DNA of 64,000 nucleotides, taken from NCBI GenBank assembly GCA_041648505.1, contig JBAZOY010000002.1, positions 2,200 to 66,199 on the forward strand. The letters are read 5' to 3'. Below are positions 59,808 to 64,000 of the stretch, piece after piece. The DNA is from Syntrophales bacterium (lineage in GTDB: Bacteria; Desulfobacterota; Syntrophia; Syntrophales; CG2-30-49-12). The stretch's first letter is position 1, and each line of letters opens with the position of its first letter. Below the pieces are notes generated by a model, which was not told the DNA's origin, did not search any database, and saw only the letters and a program-made list of their open reading frames with translations. Made by a program: the position numbers and the translations under genes.

Positions 59808-60437
59808 ATGCCTACAAAAAAACAGAGAAAAATCAGAGATGTAAAGAGCAGAAAAAAGAAGAAAAGCATGAAGACACTTTTTCTTGTGTTTGCCATTACG
59901 GCACTTTTTGGCTTTCTCATTTTTTTCTTTGTAACTCTTTTTGATTATGTATATCCACCGGTTTCCGGAAAAGGCTCCATAGCCAGGAAAAAGGAGAAAG
60001 AGGCGGTGATTCTTTATTTTTCTGATGCCAACGAGCGCTTCCTTGTCCCGGAAAAGAGATATATTCCCAAGGGGAATAATAACGTTGAAAAGGCAACGGA
60101 ACTGACGAAGGCCCTGTTGGAAGGTTCCAAAACGGGGCTGGTAAATACATTTCCTGAAAATGTAGATTTGCAAGACGTTAAGATTGATAATAAGAGTAAA
60201 ACGGCTTATATCAGTTTTGGCAGAAACCTTATCAAAAACCATCCAGGTGGAAGCACCAGTGAGGTATCTACCGTATATTCCCTGGCCAATACCCTGATAT
60301 CAAATATCCCGGCTATTAAAAAAGTAAAGATCCTTATAGAGGGGAAGGAAGCAGAAACGTTGAAGGGACATGTCGACCTGAGTGAACCCTTCACGATGGA
60401 TAAGGAATTAATGTTACAGGACTCACAGAAAGGGTAA
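59808..60437 (+). CDS. GerMN-domain protein with N-terminal membrane anchor
   Basis: Lys-rich N-terminus plus a TM helix, then '[21 protein letters not shown]...[11 protein letters not shown]' and '[23 protein letters not shown]'. Confidence 0.7.
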   Translation: MPTKKQRKIRDVKSRKKKKSMKTLFLVFAITALFGFLIFFFVTLFDYVYPPVSGKGSIARKKEKEAVILYFSDANERFLVPEKRYIPKGNNNVEKATELTKALLEGSKTGLVNTFPENVDLQDVKIDNKSKTAYISFGRNLIKNHPGGSTSEVSTVYSLANTLISNIPAIKKVKILIEGKEAETLKGHVDLSEPFTMDKELMLQDSQKG

Positions 60438-62473
60438 AAAAAGCGAAAACGAAACTTTTCAGAACGAGAAATATAGGGATTGTAGCCCACATAGATGCCG
60501 GTAAGACCACCGTCACAGAGAGGATTCTGTTCTACACGGGGAAGTCGTACAAGATGGGTGAGGTGCATAACGGCGAGGCTGTTATGGACTGGATGCCCCA
60601 GGAACAGGAAAGAGGAATAACGATCACCTCGGCCGTAACCACCTGTAGCTGGCAAAACCATGACATCCATATTATTGATACACCCGGTCATGTTGATTTT
60701 ACCATAGAAGTTGGGCGTTCTCTCAGAGTGCTGGATGGCGCCGTGGTTGTCTTTTGTGCTGTCGGGGGTGTGGAACCACAGTCGGAAACTGTCTGGTACC
60801 AGGCGGACAAATACGGTGTTCCCAAGGTTGCCTTTATCAACAAGATGGACAGGGTAGGGGCCGATTTTTTCGGAACTATAAATATGATGAAGGAGCGGTT
60901 CAACTCTGTGCCTCTTGCTATACAGATACCTCTCGGTCAGGAGGAGCAATTCCGGGGGGCGGTCGACCTGATCCGGAAGAAGATCGTGACCTGGGATAAC
61001 CAAACCCAGGGATTGAATTATGACCTTTCGGATATACCGCCCGATATCCTTCCCTTGTTCAGAGAACACAGGGAACAAATGATGGCAACACTCGCCGATG
61101 TGAACGATGATATTGCAGATAAGTATCTCGAAGGTGTGGATATTTCCGAAGATGAGATTATAAACGCTATCAGAAAAGCCACTCTTTCTCTGGAAGTAGT
61201 ACCCGTGATGTGTGGTGCTGCCTTGAGAAATAAAGGGATTCAGCCTGTACTTGATGCTATTGTTCATTTTCTTCCTTCACCGGAAGACGTTTCAACGATC
61301 AAGGGTATCAACCCTTTGACAAAAGATGAGGAAATCCGGCACGGCAACAACAAGGAGCCCCTTGCCGCCCTGGTGTTCAAGATCAGGCAGGAAGAGGGTG
61401 GCAGAAAGCTGGCCTATCTTAGAATATATTCGGGACAGATACATGCCGGAGATGAAGTCTATAATGTAACTACCGGGAAGAAGGAAAAAATTGCCAGGCT
61501 CCTGAAGATGCATGCTAATAAACGTGAGAGGGTTGAACAATGTGAGGCTGGAGAGATTATTGCTGTGATTGGTTTTAAGGAAGCTACCACGGGAGATACC
61601 ATCTGTGATGAATCTCACCCGATCCTTCTCGAACCGATAGAATTTTATGAGCCTGTAATCAGTCAGGCGGTTGAGGCCAGGACACCGGCGGAACAGGAAC
61701 GGTTATCCATAGCATTATTCAGGTTGATGGAAGAGGATCCCACGGTTAAGGTAACATATGAAGAACAGACTGCTCAGACCATTGTCGCAGGCATGGGGGA
61801 ACTCCATCTCGAAATCCTGTTTGACCGGCTTGCAAGGGAATTTAATGTCCCCATCAATGTGGGGAAGCCCAGGGTTGTATACAGGGAGACGATTCAAAAA
61901 AAGGTGAAAGTTGAAGGACGGTTTGAAAAGGAGCTCGGCGAAAAGAAACATTTTGGCCATGTCCGTCTCTCTTTAGAACCTCTGGAAAGGGGGAAGGGCA
62001 TCGAAATTGTAAAACAGATAGACGCGAATTTGATCCCCGAAGAATTTCATCCTGCCATAGAAGAGAGCATTCTGGAGTCAAGCCAGGCGGGTGTTGTAGG
62101 AGGATATCCCGTTGTGGATTGCCGGATCAGCATTGTTGGTGGCTCCTTCAGAGAAGGGGAATCCACGATGCTGGGTTACAAGATAGCAGCCTCCTCGGCC
62201 TTCAGAGAGGGATGTCTCCAGGCTGATTCCGTTCTTCTTGAACCGATTATGATGGTTAATATTATCACTCCTGCCGGATTTACGGGAGAGGTCATCGGAG
62301 ACCTTAATGCGAGGAAGGGCGAAATACAATCTATAACACCAAAGGGAACTATTACTGAGATCAAAGCGAAAGTACCTCTAAAAGCGATGTTTGGATACTC
62401 TACCGATCTTCGGTCTGCCACTCAGGGCAGGGCCATCTTTACCATGCATTTTTCTGAATATGACCATCGATAA
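60434..62473 (+). CDS. Elongation factor G paralog (start codon unresolved)
   Basis: '[25 protein letters not shown]' (G1) lies upstream of the first ATG at 60554. Also 'DTPGHVDF' and 'NKMDR'. The gene is not in an rpsL-rpsG-tuf context. The 5' coordinate is the position expected from homology, where the codon is GTA. Confidence 0.8.
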   Translation, partial: VKKAKTKLFRTRNIGIVAHIDAGKTTVTERILFYTGKSYKMGEVHNGEAVMDWMPQEQERGITITSAVTTCSWQNHDIHIIDTPGHVDFTIEVGRSLRVLDGAVVVFCAVGGVEPQSETVWYQADKYGVPKVAFINKMDRVGADFFGTINMMKERFNSVPLAIQIPLGQEEQFRGAVDLIRKKIVTWDNQTQGLNYDLSDIPPDILPLFREHREQMMATLADVNDDIADKYLEGVDISEDEIINAIRKATLSLEVVPVMCGAALRNKGIQPVLDAIVHFLPSPEDVSTIKGINPLTKDEEIRHGNNKEPLAALVFKIRQEEGGRKLAYLRIYSGQIHAGDEVYNVTTGKKEKIARLLKMHANKRERVEQCEAGEIIAVIGFKEATTGDTICDESHPILLEPIEFYEPVISQAVEARTPAEQERLSIALFRLMEEDPTVKVTYEEQTAQTIVAGMGELHLEILFDRLAREFNVPINVGKPRVVYRETIQKKVKVEGRFEKELGEKKHFGHVRLSLEPLERGKGIEIVKQIDANLIPEEFHPAIEESILESSQAGVVGGYPVVDCRISIVGGSFREGESTMLGYKIAASSAFREGCLQADSVLLEPIMMVNIITPAGFTGEVIGDLNARKGEIQSITPKGTITEIKAKVPLKAMFGYSTDLRSATQGRAIFTMHFSEYDHR

Positions 62474-62537
62474 AAGTTGCAAGTCGTAAATCGTAAGTCT
62501 TGAAACTTTTATCTTGAAACTTGGAACTCGGATTCCA

Positions 62538-63734
62538 ATGAGGTCAATGAAAACGCCTTCCCTATCAGAAAGATTCGTAGAAATTACTGGATGGTTGTAC
62601 AGAAAACGAATCTTGCAGATCGGAACCATTACCCTGGGTATTATCTTTTTCAGTTCTACTTGTATTTACTACTTTGAACATTTAAGGACGGGTTCTAACA
62701 TTCGTTCCGTCTGGGACGGCATCTGGTGGGCTGTCGTGACGATGGGCACTGTCGGTTACGGCGACAAGTATCCCATAACGCCCGGCGGAAAGATCGTCGG
62801 CGTGCTATTGATTTTTTCTGGTGTTGGTCTTATGTCTCTATTAACGGCCACTATTGCTTCTGTTTTTGTAGAAAAAAAGATGAAGGAGGAAAAGGGGTTG
62901 GAAACAGTTAGAGAAAGAGACCATATTATTATATGTGGCTGGAATCAGTATACCGAGGACGTTATTCTGGGCATCACCACTTATGGTTCCATGGGAGACA
63001 CATCCATTGTCCTGATAAACGAACTCTCCATTGACGAAATCAATTCTCTTAAACTCAAGTATAGTAGATATAATCTGAGATTCTTGAGGGGCAGTTATAT
63101 TCACGAGGATGTGCTCTTAAGAGCCGATATTACCAGAGCGCAATTTGCCTTAATCATGGCGGATATTTCCGGAAACCATCCTAAGGACAGAATCGATGAA
63201 ATAACAACCCTTGCGGCCCTTACCATCAAGTCAATTGCCCCCAAGATCAGAATTGTTGCCGAACTACTGGATAGAGAAAACAAACCGCACCTCCAACGGG
63301 CCAGTGTTGATGAAATTATCATCCGGGGAGAACATGTTGGTTCTCTATTAGCCAGCGCAATAAACTCACCTGGTCTGCCCCAAATATTATCCGGTATACT
63401 ATCTCTGGGTGATACCAATAAACTATGGAGGCTCGAAATTCCCCGTCATTTTGTCGGGAGAACATTCAAGGAATTATCGGCACACTATCGTGTTAAGCAT
63501 GCGATTCTCCTCGGCCTCCTCAGGGAAAAGAAAGCAATGAAACTGGAAGACCTGCTTTCAGATAACACATCCGTTATTGACGTTTTCATTAAGGAAAAGA
63601 TAAAAGAGTCAAAAAGAGACCTTTCTTATAAAAAAGACGAAATGAGAGTTACGATAAACCCCGAGGATGAATATATCATCAGTGGAGAAGACTTCGCCGT
63701 GGTCCTTTCCAGGATGATACCCCGGAAAATGTAA
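62538..63734 (+). CDS. Potassium channel with RCK/TrkA-N domain
   Basis: Selectivity filter 'TVGYGD', two TM helices, then a Rossmann-like 'HIIICGWNQ'. The start is uncertain (62514, 62538 or 62547). Confidence 0.85.
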   Translation: MRSMKTPSLSERFVEITGWLYRKRILQIGTITLGIIFFSSTCIYYFEHLRTGSNIRSVWDGIWWAVVTMGTVGYGDKYPITPGGKIVGVLLIFSGVGLMSLLTATIASVFVEKKMKEEKGLETVRERDHIIICGWNQYTEDVILGITTYGSMGDTSIVLINELSIDEINSLKLKYSRYNLRFLRGSYIHEDVLLRADITRAQFALIMADISGNHPKDRIDEITTLAALTIKSIAPKIRIVAELLDRENKPHLQRASVDEIIIRGEHVGSLLASAINSPGLPQILSGILSLGDTNKLWRLEIPRHFVGRTFKELSAHYRVKHAILLGLLREKKAMKLEDLLSDNTSVIDVFIKEKIKESKRDLSYKKDEMRVTINPEDEYIISGEDFAVVLSRMIPRKM

Positions 63735-63757
63735 CTGTCATCTTGAGGAACTCGTCA

Positions 63758-64000
63758 ATGAACGACCACATACTCTTACAAGAGATAGAACTTTTTAGAA
63801 ACATTGCCCCGGAACAGATTAAAAAAGTCCTGAATATTTCGCATACAGTTAAATTCCACGAAAATGAAACCATTATGAGAGAGGGGGATGCCGGTGATTC
63901 CATGTACATCCTCATGGAGGGAACTGTAGAGGTAGTAAAGAGCCTGATGATAAGTGACATGGATGATGAAGACAGGAGCAAGATTTTTACAAGACTGGAT
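63758..64000 (+). CDS. Cyclic nucleotide-binding domain protein, 3' end beyond window
   Basis: Own translation: 'MNDHILLQEIELFRNIAPEQIKKVLNISHTVKFHENETIMREGDAGDSMYILMEGTVEV...'. The frame stays open to the window end and is not in the ORF track. Confidence 0.7.
   Translation, partial: MNDHILLQEIELFRNIAPEQIKKVLNISHTVKFHENETIMREGDAGDSMYILMEGTVEVVKSLMISDMDDEDRSKIFTRLD

Noticed and set aside
60421-60445. Programmed frameshift or A7-run slippage fusing the GerMN gene to EF-G
   Set aside because: The GerMN TAA (60435-60437) precedes and uses the start of the A-run. No X_XXY_YYZ slippery heptamer lies in the GerMN frame before it, and a GerMN-EF-G fusion has no precedent that I know.
60206-61267. 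353-aa minus-strand ORF
   Set aside because: It is antisense to the GerMN and EF-G genes, whose plus-strand translations carry canonical motifs. It is a typical long shadow frame.

Overview
This is 64 kb of mostly core chromosome from a diderm anaerobe, read by eye with no tools. The gene content looks Desulfobacterota/deltaproteobacterial-like, but that is inference only. It includes a tungsten-type aldehyde:ferredoxin oxidoreductase, a nine-heme cytochrome c/FeS/NrfD complex, SelB plus FdhD, an 11-subunit Nuo without NuoEFG, LptE and TonB.

Gene order:
- A 5'-truncated, GC-rich Type III Res-like gene.
- pyk, a YihY-Crp-like fusion, an orphan family-5 SBP, nnr and a polyprenyl synthase.
- DUF502-metK-ahcY, then nuoABCDHIJKLMN.
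- On the minus strand: Wzt/Wzm-like ABC exporter, YhaM-like HD nuclease, fdhD and selB.
- On the minus strand: a receiver-only regulator, a CGGC protein, a 36-aa membrane ORF missing from the ORF track, NrfD-like, FeS and nine-heme cytochrome c genes.
- A cheW remnant, a hybrid PAS kinase, a class-III aminotransferase, moaD-like plus aor, a second DUF502, a TonB-like gene and a histidine phosphatase.
- A PilS-like kinase, ccdA-tlpA, a frameshifted APC permease, a GC-rich TIGR00725/LOG-like gene and panCD.
- leuS-lptE, a COG1078-type HD protein, a LysM/repeat protein plus a ThiI-like PP-loop ATPase, and a small protein plus a YfbR-like HD.
- A GerMN protein, an EF-G paralog, a K+ channel and a partial cNMP-binding protein.

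I recognised no rRNA, tRNA, CRISPR array, transposase or integrase, and I found no convincing new multi-gene system.

The least explained signals are:
1. A dispersed repeat of roughly 150-190 bp with an invariant 15-mer. Three copies are present, and two form an inverted pair between panD and leuS.
2. A leader-plus-terminator architecture directly upstream of panCD.
3. An Nhc-like cytochrome module extended by the small ORF and by CGGC and REC genes, next to a selB-fdhD operon whose FdhD lacks the CXXC pair.
4. An EF-G paralog with no canonical start codon upstream of its P-loop.
5. A membrane YihY domain fused to a complete Crp/Fnr-like module.
6. A swapped-half Fur-box-like palindrome.
7. 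A 4-bp tandem duplication that breaks an amino-acid permease.
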